This document shows positions 26,179 to 43,983 of a DNA stretch of 64,000 nucleotides, in pieces. The stretch covers positions 868,001 through 932,000 of the forward strand of contig CATOCA020000002.1 of NCBI GenBank assembly GCA_951406725.2. Direction: 5' to 3'. The notes under the pieces were generated by a model. The model did no database searches. It was not told where the DNA came from and saw only the letters and a program-made list of their open reading frames with translations. Within the stretch, counting starts at the first letter, position 1; each line of letters starts with the position of its first letter. Position numbers and translations under genes: made by a program. The stretch comes from Octopus vulgaris (Eukaryota).

Positions 26179-26327
26179 TTATGTATATATATATTTATGT
26201 ATATATATATATATATATATATTTATGTATATATATATATATTTATGTATATATATATATATATATTTATGTATATATATATATTTATGTATATATATAT
26301 ATATTTATGTATATATATATATGTATA

Positions 26328-26365
<38 letters not shown>

Positions 26366-26378
26366 GTATATATACATT

Positions 26379-26413
<35 letters not shown>

Positions 26414-26544
26414 GTATATATATATTTATGTATATATATATATATTTATGTATATATATATATATTTATGTATATATATATATATATTTATGTATATATA
26501 TATATATTTATGTATATATATATATTTATGTATATATATATATT

Positions 26545-26591
<47 letters not shown>

Positions 26592-26655
26592 GTATATATA
26601 TATATATTTATGTGTATATATATATATATATATATATTATGTATATATATATATA

Positions 26656-26698
<43 letters not shown>

Positions 26699-26719
26699 GT
26701 ATATATATATATATTTATG

Positions 26720-26750
<31 letters not shown>

Positions 26751-26850
26751 ATATATATATTTATGTATATATATATATATATATTATGTATATATATATA
26801 TTTATGTATATATATATATATTTATGTATATATATATATTTATGTATATA
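26083..26850. repeat. (TA)n array punctuated by TTTATG
   Basis: Directly visible. Confidence 0.95.
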
Positions 26851-27840
26851 AAAGGGCTTAGTAAAATAAATTACTTTTCCACATACTGAACTCATTAGAA
26901 ATAGTAGCTAAAAAAACTTTTTTTAAAACTATTTCTAATACTTAAAGAAAATCTCTCTCATATAGTGTTTGTTCAATTCAACTCACGAAAGTATGGGGGT
27001 AAAGACATTAAAAAATCAAATGCAAAGGTTATTTGAGCGTACGTTTCAAGATTAGTCAAACTCGACATTTCTATCATCAGCTCAGAACTCCTTGGTTTGG
27101 ATTTGAAAACACTGAAAGTGGGAGCATACCCTTTCGGCTTCTAATCGCTTCTGAAGATCTGCTCGAAACTAACAGTGCCAGCAAACCCAAAATATGCAAG
27201 CGAAGAATTTCTGCTCTCCCCTTTCCACCAGCGTGGGTTAAAATCAGCAAACACTATGTTTTTTCGGTAAATCCGAAAACATTAAATAGAGAGAGATGAA
27301 TTATAATTTCAACAATTGAGGGTAAAATTAATTAATTAATTATCAATCAATATCACCAAGTGTTCAGTATGTAAAGGGACCATTTAAGGCGAATTCAAAT
27401 TATTACATTATATAAAAGGGCTTAGTAAAATAAATTACTTTGCCACATACTGAACTCATTAGAAATAGTAGCTAAAAAAACTTTTTAAAACCATTTCTAA
27501 TACTTAAAGAAAATCTCTCTCATATAGTGTTTGTTCAATTCAACTCACGAAAGTATGGGGGTAAAGACATTAAAAAATCAAATGCAAAGGTTTCGTGAGT
27601 TGAATTGAACAAACACTATATGAGAGAGATTTTCTTTAAGTATTAGAAATGGTTTTAAAAAAAGTTTTTTTAGCTACTATTTCTAATGAGTTCAGTATGT
27701 GGCAAAGTAATTTATTTTACTAAGCCCTTTTATATAATGTAATAATTTGAATTCGCCTTAAATGGTCCCTTTACATACTGAACACTTGGTGATATTGATT
27801 GATAATTAATTAATTAATTTTACCCTCAATTGTTGAAATT
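26851..27840 (-). mobile_element. Retrozyme/Penelope pLTR-like non-coding element: 564-bp monomer + about 180-bp tandem copy + about 250-bp inverted copy
   Basis: aaagggcttagtaaaataaattac at 26851 recurs at 27415. 27593-27840 is the reverse complement of about 27303-27550. A degenerate hammerhead lies inside. Confidence 0.75.
27034..27084 (-). ncRNA. Degenerate hammerhead ribozyme (UH cleavage dinucleotide missing)
   Basis: UGAG-CUGAUGA-UAG...CUU-GAAA-CGUACG-(no UH)-CUCA. Confidence 0.55.
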
Positions 27841-32009
<4,169 letters not shown>

Positions 32010-32186
32010 GTATATATATATATGTATGTATATATATATATGTATGTATATATATATATGTATATATATATGTATATATATATGTATGTATATATATATA
32101 TATATGTATGTATATATATATATATGTATATATATATGTATGTATATATATATATGTATATATATATGTATATATATATGTATATA

Positions 32187-32239
<53 letters not shown>

Positions 32240-32272
32240 GTATATATATATGTATATATATATGTATATATG

Positions 32273-32319
<47 letters not shown>

Positions 32320-32432
32320 GTATATATATATGTAACGGGAAGCTTTATGAAAATAGACAAAAGACGAAGGCAGGTGGAAAACAAACAAACAATTGTATTA
32401 GTATGGCGCTCAGGAAATATAAATAAAACAAG

Positions 32433-32470
32433 TCTTTAACGTTTCGAGCCTACGCTCTTCAACAGAAAGA
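32433..32470 (-). ncRNA. Minimal hammerhead-like motif (core variant CUGUUGA) in a ~220-bp element between TA arrays
   Basis: UCUUU-CUGUUGA-A-GAGC-GUAG-GCUC-GAAA-CG-UU-AAAGA. Confidence 0.55.
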
Positions 32471-32546
32471 TACACAGAGAGAAAAAAAAACACAGAAAGA
32501 AGGAGAGAAAAAAAATGCGTGCAGTAACTAACGAATCAACATGGCG

Positions 32547-32592
<46 letters not shown>

Positions 32593-32615
32593 GTATTTAT
32601 ATATGTATATATATG

Positions 32616-32651
<36 letters not shown>

Positions 32652-32662
32652 TATGTATATAT

Positions 32663-34313
32663 CCTGAGGGACTGTACCCTCTGTGTCAGTGCTGGGAAGA
32701 GGGTACAGTCCCTCAGGATATGCGGGATGCTAACATCATGACGCTTTACAAAAACAAAGGTGACCGTGGTGATTGTAACAATTACCGTGGTATATCTCTT
32801 CTAAGCACTGTTGGAAAGACCTTTGGCCCCGTTATCCTGGCCAGGCTACAACTACTTGCTTCTCGAATCTATCCGGAATCGCAATGTGGCTTTAGAAGAA
32901 GCAGATCAACTATCGATATGATATTCTCCATACGCCAACTTCAGGAGAAGCCAGAGAGCAGAAAATGCCATTATATATGGCCTTCATTGATCTAACAAAC
33001 GCTTTTGACTCGGTAAGCAGAACAGGCCTCTTCATCCTGCTCCAAAAAATCGGATGTCCACCAAAGCTGCTGAGGATCATCAAGTCTTTCCATGATGACA
33101 TGCAAGGCACCATACAGCACAACGGTTCAACATCAGCCGCCTTCCAAATTATAAAACGGGGTAAAGCAAGGTTGTGTCCTTGCTCCTACATTGTTTGGCA
33201 TCTTCTCGCTCTTACTTTCACATGCCTTTCAGACATCTGATGATGGAGTGTTTCTGCACAGTAGAAGTGACGGGAAACTGTTCAATCTCTCGCGCCTGCG
33301 TGCCAAGACCAAAATCAGAAACGTCCTGATCAAGTAGATGTTATTTGCTGATGATGCCGCTCTGGTAACACACACAGAAGAAGCCCTCCAAAGGCTCATT
33401 AACTGTTTTGAGCAAGAATGTAACGACTTTGGCTTAGCTATCAGCCTTAAGAAGACCAACATCATGGGCCAGGCTACATCGGACATCCCAAACATACATA
33501 TTGGAGACCACAGATTACAAGAGGTGGAGAAGTTTACCTATCTGGGCTCTACCGTCACCTACAACCTATCCCTTGACGCTGAGCTCAATATACGCATTGG
33601 CAAGGCAACCGCTGCGATGGCCCAACTCTCCAATCGGGCTTGGGACAACAATAAGCTGACCAAGACTACGAAAATGAAGATCTACCAGTCATGTGTACTC
33701 AGCACTCTACTGTATGGAAGTGAGACTTGGACGCTATACACACGCCAAGAGCGTCGCCTAAACATCTTTCACCTGCGCTGCCTCCAAAAAATCCTCCGCA
33801 TCAAATGGCAGAATCATATCCCCAACAAAGATGTCCTCAGGCAAGCAGGAATACCAAGCATGTTTGCACTATGAAAGATGGCAGAATCCCCAAGGACATA
33901 CTCTACGGAGAGCTTGCTAGGGGTACTAGGTCTGTGGGTAGACCGATCTTACGTTACAAGGATGTTTGCAAAAAGGACATGAAGGCCTGCAACATCAATA
34001 TTAGCGTTTGGGAGGCAGTTGCCGGCAACCATGGAGAATGGCGACGTACCGTAAAAGAGGGAATACAAAGGAGTGACAGAGAGAGAGAGGAGAAATGGAA
34101 AGAAAAGAAGAGACGTCAACAAGAAACTATGGCATTTCAACCAGCCAGGAACAGTCTTCGCTACATTTGTGGTACCTGCCAGAGGGAGTGTTTGTCCAGG
34201 ATAGGACTACACAGCCACAGCAGGAAATGTATCAGGACATGAAATATAAAAGCCGGACTAGACTACTTTATGCGCAACTCCATTGTCTCCCGAGACAAAA
34301 AGGATGCCAACCA
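32663..34313 (+). mobile_element. 5'-truncated RTE/BovB-like LINE
   Basis: YKNKGDRGDCNNYRGISLL, QCGFR, FIDLTNAFD, LFADD, FTYLGS and C-terminal CGTCQRECLSRIGLHSH. Frameshifts and stops. (TA)n on both sides. Confidence 0.92.
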
Positions 34314-34344
34314 ATATATGTATATATATATATATATGTATATG

Positions 34345-37300
34345 CCTAAGGCATCAGCCCTTCCACCAATACCCAAAAATGGAAGATAAAATTCCTGGAG
34401 GACTGGGTCGATGCCCATCCAAACCACATCCCTTTCTTCGTCCTCACTGAAACCCATCTTAGTAACCTTCACTTGGAAGCCGAGGTGAAAGTTAAAAATT
34501 TCAAAGCCATTCGTGCTGGCAGAAGAAAGGGTGAGACTGCCATTTATGTTCATGATTCATTCTCAACAGAAGCTATGAACATATTTTCCAATGGATACTG
34601 CAAAGCACTCGCTGTATTCAGTCAAACCAACAACTTAACAGTAGTTGGGCTCTACAGACCACCCCAAACGCCCCTACCATACTTCAAGGAATGCCTCAAC
34701 AACATAAAGTGTTTCATTCAGCAGTGTCAACCTGACAACATTTTAATGATGGGAGACTTCAACCTTCCCAGGGTTGACTGGTCTACAAACAGTCTGCCGC
34801 CAGGTTCTTCTCTCTCAACCCCTGACAGGGAGGCAGTGGAATCGCTTCTTGACTTCATGGATGATTTCTTCCTGTACCAACTGGTGCTCGAACCAACGAG
34901 ATGTCATAAAAACGTCTTAGACTTAATTTTCAGCAATCACACTGATACTATCCACAATATTGCAGTGGAGAAAACCCTACTCTCTGATCATGACATGGTT
35001 CTCTGTGATCTGAGATTTCACTGGCCAAAATGCAAAACAAATGTCATCCCTCCTGTTCATCCATTTGACACTATGGATTTCCACAATGCAAACTGGGAAG
35101 CGATCAATAATGATCTTGCACAAGTTGATTGGTCCTTCACGCACACATACACACCCACTAACATCAAAAAGTCCTGGCAGTCATTTGTAGACACCATTAC
35201 GAACATATGTGCAAAACACACCCCATTAAGATCTGCAAACAAATCTAAGTGTCGAATCCCTAGAAATAGAAAATCTCTCATCAGGAAAATTAAAAGAATT
35301 AACAAAAAAATCAACAAGCTGAAATACTGTCAACAGCAACACACCAACCTGACTGCCATCTCGTCGCTAGAGATTAAAAAACATAAACTCCAAAACAACA
35401 TGATGTCTATCATCAATAGTCAGCGAAGAGCTGAAGAGGCCTGGGCCATTGAGAAGTGTTCTTTTCATTTGCAAAAAAAAAACAGAGTCACTGGTTCTAC
35501 TGTTGGCCCTCTGATTGATGAAAATGGTACTCTTCAAGACAATGCCAAAACCACGGGAGAGATATTGCAGAAACAATATTGCTCTGTTTTCAGCAATCCT
35601 GATATGACTGATCTGGGCTGTATCAGTGATATTACTCCCCAATACACTTTATCGGACATAACCTTTGGCACTCCTGATGTCTTAGCAGCAATAAAGGAAA
35701 TGAAGCATAATTCAGCAGTAGGTCCCGATAGGTTCCCTGCTTGTGTCTTGAAGATGTGTCAAAACCAACTTGCACCCCCTCTAGCCAATCTGTGGCGGAA
35801 CTCACTGGATGCTGGATATATACCAGAAGACCTTCTATCCCAGTCTGTTTTCCCAGTTTTCAAAAAAGGAAACAAATCGCTTGCCGTGAATTACTGTCCA
35901 ATCTCACTCACCTCTCATATCATTAACCCTTTCGTTACCAAACCGCCCAAAGCCACCTGAAAAAAATTTTGGTTAATGTGACCAAACCCGCCCGAATTTA
36001 CCTATTCATATTTAAATGAGAATATCAGTGCAAATCTCTTTAGTACATTCGTGAAAACACGTGATTATGCTTTGTAAACAGTTCATCGACAGTTTTGTAC
36101 AACGATCGACGTGTAATTTTAATTCCCTGAATTTTGGGAGATTTTTTTCCACATTTTTTTCGGCATCGATTTTTCTTCAACTTTGAAAATGGATAGGAGT
36201 TTCATGTTATCAAGCATTGATTCCGAATTGGAAAATTTGTGAAACAAATACTGGGTACTGTTGTGGATTTAGTTTTTATACAGGAAACTAATGTTAGTCA
36301 ACATGGCTTAGGGTATGATGTGGTCTGGAAGTTATTGTTTGAAGCGATCAATGCGGAAACAAACTTACGCAGAACGTAAACAAACCCAAAATGGGGGTTC
36401 AAATTTCGGAAAATTTGTGAAGCAAATACTGGGTACTGCATGGAGTTAGTTTTTATACAGGGAAAATAATGTTAGTCAGCATGGCCTAGGGAACGATGTG
36501 GTCTGGAATTTATCACTTCCATACCATAACCAGGGTCATATATTATTTTTTGACCAATTTCTTTAGTTCGGTCAAACTTGCGGTGGATTCAAGTATTTCA
36601 CTTTATTCCACCTTTATGGTACACCTGTTGTGCATTAAATTCAACTGATGATATAGTGATGTGCACAATTCTTCTTTATCAAAATTTTGTTGCATACCCA
36701 TTTGAATATTAGCTGATGATTCATTTTCTATGGTGATGTTTAAACAAAATTTTAATATTTTTACCTTTTGCTCAATTTACCTGGATTTACCTGTAATTAA
36801 AGTCACTTTGAGACAAAAGTTATGCAATAGAATTGATTAAGAACCCTTTCTTTAATTATGTTCCAAATATCACATTAAAATGTTGATAAGTAAAAAAGTT
36901 ACAGTTATTTAATGAAACAAGCCTAGATTCATGATTATTTTAGAATTTAATTGAAACTCATGAGGGGTGTATTTTGGTCAGAAATATAGTAACGAAAGGG
37001 TTAAGGTATTTGAGAGAGTGCTGAGATCGCGTATGACTCACTTCCTTGAGAGTCATAATATGCTGAACTCCAACCAGCATGGATTCCGTAATGGAAGAGA
37101 TTGCCTGACGCAACTACTGCATCATTTTGATGACATTTTGAGAGCCTTGGGAGAGGGTTCCAACACTGATGTCATCTACCTTGATTTCAGCAAGGCCTTT
37201 GACAGGGTTGATCATAAGATCCTTCTGAGAAAGCTGTCCAATATTGGTGTCACTGGAAAGCTGCTGCAGTGGATCAAGTGCTTCCTGTCTAACAGAACCC

Positions 37301-38398
37301 AACATGTTGTAGTCGAAGGAGTCAAATCCAGCCCAGCCAAAATCAGCAGTGGTGTCCCACAAGGCACTGTGTTGGGCCCACTTCTCTTCATCATCTACAT
37401 AAATGATATTACTGACACCATCAAACACAGTAACATCAGAACCTTCGCTGATGATTCCAAGCTCCAGAAGGTCATCAGTGGCGTGGATGACTGAATAAGC
37501 CTTCAGTCAGACCTACTGGCTGTTGTCCAATGGGCGGAAAAGAACAACATGTTGCTAAACAAAGACAAATTCGAACTGATCCACTTTGGATGGGAGGATG
37601 CTCTGAAACTCCCATACTCCCTTCTGGAGAAATTCTCATGGTGTCCAACAACATCAGAGACTTGGGAGTAACAGTGGACAACAACATAAGCTGGGCTGCA
37701 CATATAAGCAGCAAAGTTGACATGGCTGCAGAATGTGTTCCTGGATTCTCAGAACCTTCCAATCGAGAGATTCCCACACTATTATCCTTCTCTTCTCCAC
37801 TTTTGCCCGACCCCACCTTGAATACTGCTGTCCACTGTGGTCTTCCTACACAAAACAAAATATGAGAATTGAAGCTCCCCAAAGGTCAATCACAAAAAAG
37901 ATAGATGGCATGTCAGACCTTGACTACTGGGGTAGACTAGAGAAGCTGAAACTGTATTCACTCCAATGACGCCGTGAACGCTACATTATCTGTATGATGT
38001 GGAAAATATTCCATCAGCACTGTCCGAATGATGTTGGCATCACCTTCAAAATACATCCAAGGCTTGGACCACGTGCCATCGGTCCACAACAAAAATCTAA
38101 ATCGCATCACATAACGACAATACGGCACAATTATTTCACCTCAAATGGACCCGCTCTCTTCAACATTACACCAGGACACGTCAAAACAGAAACTGACCAC
38201 ACAAAATTCAAGAAGTCTTTGGACAAATTCCTTCAAACAGTCCTTGACAAACCACCCACACCCGGATATGTCTCCGCAAACAATAACTCTCTGCTCGAAT
38301 GGGCCTCGGTGCCCAAATCCTGAATTGAAAGACTTCGCCAGGTGGTGCTATTACGTTAGACATGGCCTGGGCCAATACTGGCCAAAACCTTTCTAAGT
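34345..38398 (+). mobile_element. CR1-group LINE ORF2 (APE + RT), second subfamily, split by a piggyBac insertion
   Basis: LTETHL, GLYRPP, MGDFNLP, LDLIF and SDH (APE). ISLTSHII | KVFERVLR rejoin across the insertion. GVPQGTVLGP, FADD, LEYCCPLWS. Confidence 0.92.
35927..37000 (+). mobile_element. Internally deleted piggyBac-like transposon
   Basis: TTAA duplication at 35923-35926 and 37001-37004. TIR CCCTTTCGTTAC / GTAACGAAAGGG. Transposase remnants FYTG..HGLGYDVVW and PYHNQGHILFFD. Confidence 0.9.
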
Positions 38399-38429
<31 letters not shown>

Positions 38430-38639
38430 AATATTAAGGAATAAATCCAAACTTACAGGGAAAAATCAGATTTAGGATTGAATCCAATTTTATAGTAAAA
38501 TATTATATTATATTAAATTAGAGACAAAACCACTATTAGGCGAATCATACAATGAAAAACTTAAGCCAATACACAAGATTATTTAATTTATATTATTTAA
38601 ATATATAACAAAATTATTAAAAAAATATAATTAATATAA

Positions 38640-38703
38640 CACTACGATCGTTTCATGGCTGTTAATTTCTTTAAATTTTCGAGTTACAGTCATTCATCAG
38701 GTG
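38640..38703 (-). ncRNA. Minimal type-I hammerhead ribozyme (canonical core)
   Basis: CAC-CUGAUGA-AUGACUGU...ACAGCCAU-GAAA-CGAUCG-UA-GUG, within a TA-flanked element (about 38425-38795) whose 38514-38570 segment is inverted at 38738-38792. Confidence 0.8.
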
Positions 38704-38794
38704 GTTTAAATATTTATCTTGGCGAGGTTTAAACCTCTTGGCTTAAGTTTTTCATTGTATGATTTGCCTAATAGTGGTTTTGTCTCTAATTTAT

Positions 38795-38864
<70 letters not shown>

Positions 38865-38870
38865 ATCACC

Positions 38871-39090
38871 AGGCGGTGAGCTGGCAGAATCGTTAGCACA
38901 CCGGGCGAAATGCTTGGCGGTATTTCGTCTGTCGTTACGTTCTGAGTTCAAATTCCGCCGAGGTTGACTTTGCCTTTCATCCTTCTGGGGTCGATAAATT
39001 AAGTACCAGTTTCGCACTGGGATCTTTGTAATCGACTGAATCCCTTTGTCTGTCCCCTCTATGTTTAGCCCCTTGTGGGCAATAAAGAAA
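38871..39090 (+). mobile_element. tRNA-derived SINE, full length
   Basis: AGGCGGTGAGCTGGCAGAATCGTTAGC...GAGTTCAAATTCC...gggcaataaagaaa, flanked by (TA)n. Confidence 0.85.
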
Positions 39091-39172
39091 TATATATATA
39101 TAAATATATATTTATATATATATAATAATGATAAATCTCAGAGCAAGTTATAAACAGTAGCAGCAACACATC

Positions 39173-39442
39173 GTGACTTATATTTGCGTTTGAATATGGC
39201 TAACCCCTAAGGGTGGATGCTACTGTAGTTTGTAGCCCCAAGAGGACGGGTCAATACCCTGAAACTCGAGTCCGTGTGTATCATAAGTTGAAGACGAGAA
39301 GGATGGCTTCCCTTTGCAAATACTGATAGGGCACAGAAAGTGTGTCTATAGCCAGCTGGAGGAGGTGTCCTCCTGGGGCTACAAACTACAGTAGCATCCA
39401 CCCTTAGGGGTTAGCCATATTCAAATGGCAAATATACGTCAC
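39173..39442 (+). mobile_element. Fold-back element (75-bp arms) with 5'-truncated hammerhead
   Basis: 39173-39247 is inverted at 39367-39442. The loop begins GGGU-CAAU-ACCC-U-GAAA-CUCGAG-UC-CGUG. Confidence 0.7.
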
Positions 39443-39800
39443 TATATATATATAAATTGAGATAACGGTTGTGAGTGCAACCCACCATGGGATAACATAT
39501 ATCCAATATACTGCCAGTAAAGCACCCAACAAAGTTAATACATAAATGTTAAGAATTGCAATGCAATTAATTCATTTATTGTATTATATGGGCAAAGGTA
39601 AAATATTTTACCACAAATTCATAATACAAAATAAGAAAATGAGGAATACACCTTAATCAATAATCAACTACCAGATAATACCCATTCACATAATTTATTA
39701 ACCAGCTACATATGAACAAACACAATAATACAGAACAAAACAATGATTAATATGATACAATAAGTACAATACGTATAAATAAATATAAATATAAACTAGA

Positions 39801-39925
39801 TCTTACAGCTGTTTCAGCCATGTAGATATGAGTATCTCATTATGCTCATATTAGCCAGGTGTGATAAGTTAATATGTGGTTATAAATGAGACACTTACAT
39901 ATATATCCCAAGGCCTCTTCAGAGA
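39801..39925 (-). ncRNA. Type-I hammerhead ribozyme with long loop II
   Basis: UCU-CUGAAGA-GGCC...GGCU-GAAA-CAGCUG-UA-AGA. Confidence 0.75.
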
Positions 39926-42459
39926 TTATAAAGTACAATCCAAATATGAATATAAGAGAAGGTACACCTATACAAGAATGAGTACATATACATAATATAT
40001 AATATACACATAGATATAAGTGTATATACACATGTACCTATATATATATAAGTATATACATAATACTATATAATAATATACATACATATAAGGTTACAGT
40101 TAGTCAAATCAATATATTAGAATATACAAACATACACATATCCACATGAAAATGTACATATACAAAGTCAAGAGTTCATTGTATTAAGTTACAAAATGCC
40201 ATTAATGGTATTATTATTATTATTACTATTATTATTATTATTATTATTAATAATAATAATACCAGTAAAAGAATATGTGCATCACGCCATTCACAATACA
40301 TATTAGATGGAAAATATCCCATAGAATACAGCAACAGCATAATATAGTGATTATAATAACATAATAATAATATAATACAATACATTATAGCTCAACCAAC
40401 ACATATAAAATGAAAAATATTGATTTACATCAGAAAAATCCAGAAGTGTACATGCGTATAAACGCATACAAATCAGATATTTATTAGCAGGTTTGGAAAT
40501 AATTTAAGATTGAAAGCTCAATACGATTGTCTTGCACATTTGAATTTCAGTTGTCTTAGTTACGGTTGGTTTATTAAGATACACTTACATACATAAACAT
40601 GTATATGCGCGCTTACACATGTACACATAGATAAACCAAAGTACTGAAAATACAAGCTTACATACACACAGACATGCTTACATACATAACTAGATACGTA
40701 TATATCCATATATGAATATATATATAAACAAATACGTATACCCAAAAGCAACCACGCACACATATATGTATATATATATACATACACATACATACTGTTA
40801 ACTAAAATAATATTAAGAATCATTAAAATTAAGATAATACTAAATGTTAATACAACGAAAGGGGTTGGAAGGGTAATTCGAAATGTACAAAAACGAGGGG
40901 CCTAAAAGGGTAGAAAAACGTAAGGGTTAATAAAAGGCAAAGGTTGGAAAATATTCAGATAAAATTTATAAGAGGGATATAAACTCAACACACATATTTA
41001 TCATAACTAGTGTAAAGAAGTATGTTATTTGCATAAGATACATAATGAAAAATTACACCGATTATACCGTAAAAAAACAGAAAACTACGAAAACGTCCAG
41101 ATATCAACACCTACAAGTATGAGCTTACTCAAACCACAATTCTGTACAAATCCCAACCCAGCATACCACACATCCATATACAAAACAAATATAAAGCTAC
41201 CAAATAAAAAACCGGAGTCATTTACCACCACAACCATGTACCCCCAAATACGAAACACAACCCATCAAAAATTACGTAATCTATATTTATCGGTGTATAC
41301 GTGCTTATTTTAATTTTAGGTATACACCGACAATAACATTTGTACAAAGACTCATACATATGTACTTTTATACCTAAAAACCTACACATAAATATACATA
41401 CAAGTAACAGATATACACCAATAAATCTAAATTTAATATATATATATACAGGTATACATACACTGACGTACCTAAATGTACCCTAAAAGAATAGACATAC
41501 GTATATATCCTCCTACATACAAATATACTGCATAAGAAAAATGAATACACATCCATATGTACACTCACAAACACACCATCAATAAATATGTATAGGTATG
41601 GGAAAACTGCACCAATATATATATGCACATATATATATACATATATACACCTGCATACACATATATACACAAACGCAAATTCACCCATAAAAGCATGAAT
41701 ATACATATAAACGTACGCAGACATACATACAGATAGAATTACAATATACATACAAAAATTATATATTATACACGTGTGGAGAACTACACCAAATTATATC
41801 CGCAAACATTTGTATACACATACATACACATGCACAACATCAATATATTTATTGATGTTGTGTATGTGCGTGTACATATGGATGTGTATTTATATTTTCT
41901 TATGGAGTATATTTGTATGTAGGCGGATATATACGTATGTCTATTCTTTTAGGGTACATTTAGGTACGTCAGTGTATGTATACCTGTATATATATATATT
42001 ATAAAATTTAGGTTTATAGGTGTATATCTGTTACTTATATGTATATTTATGTGTAGGTATTTGGGTATAAAAGTACATATGTATGAGTCTTTGTACAAAT
42101 GTTATTGTCGGTGTATACCTAAAATTAAAATAAACATGTATACACCGATAGATATAGATTACATAATTTTTGATGGGTTGTGTTTCGTGTTTGGGGGTAC
42201 ATGGTTGTGGTGGTAAATAACTCCGGTTTTTTATTTGGTAGCCTTATATTTGTTTTGTATATGGATGTGTGGTTTGCTAGGATAGGGTTTATACAGAATT
42301 GTGGTTTGAGCAAGCTCATACTTGTAGTTGTTGATATCTGGACGGTTTAGTAGTGTTTTGTTTTTTTACGGTATAATCGGTGTAATTTTTCATTATGTAT
42401 CTTCCGCAAATAACGCACTTTTTCTTTACCCTAGTTATTGTAAATGTGTGTGTTGAGTT

Positions 42460-42888
42460 TGTAGTGATGCTACTGTGTAAGGTTCAGCGCGCATGCGCAG
42501 AATGGGACTACTTCCGGGTGGCCACCGGAAGTCTTCCCCATGCGCATGTGCGGGAAACTGACCCCTAAGGCACAGTCCACTCACTCACTCTCTGGCCCCA
42601 ACAGCGCTCGTGAACAGACGTGCATTAGAAGTCTCTGAGAACTACGCATCGACTTAGCAGCGGACACATCGAACCACTTCGACCAGCCTACAAGAAGCAG
42701 TACAACAGATACGGCTGTCGGTCCCCCTCAGAAATAGGCACACCAGATCAACACCATCACGAGTAATAAAACAACATTTGCTGTCTTTCCCAGATAACCT
42801 GACTTCGTCTGTTATATTTAACTAAATTGAATGTGACGGGATCGGATCGGACACCCCTTCAGTGATACCGATTCCAGATCCTGTTACA
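42460..42888 (+). mobile_element. Solo LTR (429 bp, Gypsy-like 4-bp TSD)
   Basis: TGTAG...TTACA termini. AGTT duplicated at 42456-42459 and 42889-42892. The empty site is preserved in the other arm (about 40975-40990). AATAAA at about 42765. Confidence 0.85.
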
Positions 42889-43593
42889 AGTTTATATCCC
42901 TCTTGTAAACTCTATCTGAATATTTTCCAACCTTTGCCTAATATTAATCCTTACGTTTTCTACCCTTTTAGGCCCCTCTTTTTTGTACATTACGAATTAC
43001 CCTTCCAACCCTTTTTGATGTATTAACAATTAGTATTATCTTAATTTTAATGATTCTTAATATTATTTTAGTTAACAGTATATATATACATATATGTGTG
43101 CGTGGTTGCTTTTGGGTATATGTATTTGTTTATATATATGGATATATACGTATCTAGTTATGTATGTACGCATGTCTGTGTGTATGTAAGCTTGTATTTT
43201 CTGTGCTTAGGTTTATCTATGTGTGCATGTGTATGCACGCATATACATGTGTATGTATGTAAGTGTATCTTAACCAACCAACGGTAACTAAGACAATTGA
43301 AATTCAAATGTGCCAGCCAATCGTATTGAGCTTTCAATCTTAAATTATTTGCAAACCTGCTAATAAATATCAATCACCGTCCCAACTCTGATTTGTATGT
43401 ATGTATACGCATGCACACTTTCGGTTTTTTCTGTGATGTAAAGGAATATTTTTTCCTTATATATGTGTTTGTTGAGCTATAATGTATTGTATTATATTAT
43501 TATGTTATTATATTATGCTGTTGCTGTATTCTATGTGATATTTTCCATCTAATATGTATTGTGAATGGCGGAATGCACATATTCTTTTACTGG

Positions 43594-43624
<31 letters not shown>

Positions 43625-43893
43625 AATAATAGCCTTTTGTAGCTTAATACAATGAACTCTGAACTTTGTATATGTACACTTTCATGTGGATGTGTGTATG
43701 TATGTATATTATAATATATTGATTTGACTAACTGTAACCTTATATGTATGTATATTATTATGTATATACTTATATATATGTAGGTGCATGTGTATATACA
43801 CTTTTATGTATGTGTATATTATGTTATGTATATGTACTTATTCTTGTACATGTGTACCTTCTCTTATATTCATATTTGAATTGTACTTTATAA

Positions 43894-43983
43894 TCTCTGA
43901 AGAGGCCTTTATTACCTTAACACACCTGGCTAATATGAGCATAATGAGATACTCCTATCTACATGGCTGAAACAGCTGTAAGA
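43894..43983 (+). ncRNA. Type-I hammerhead ribozyme (partner of 39801)
   Basis: UCU-CUGAAGA-GGCC...GGCU-GAAA-CAGCUG-UA-AGA. Core is identical to the other arm while loop II differs in length. Confidence 0.75.

Noticed and set aside
38871-38960. tRNA gene
   Set aside because: A/B boxes are present but there is no cloverleaf, and the sequence continues into a multi-copy SINE body.
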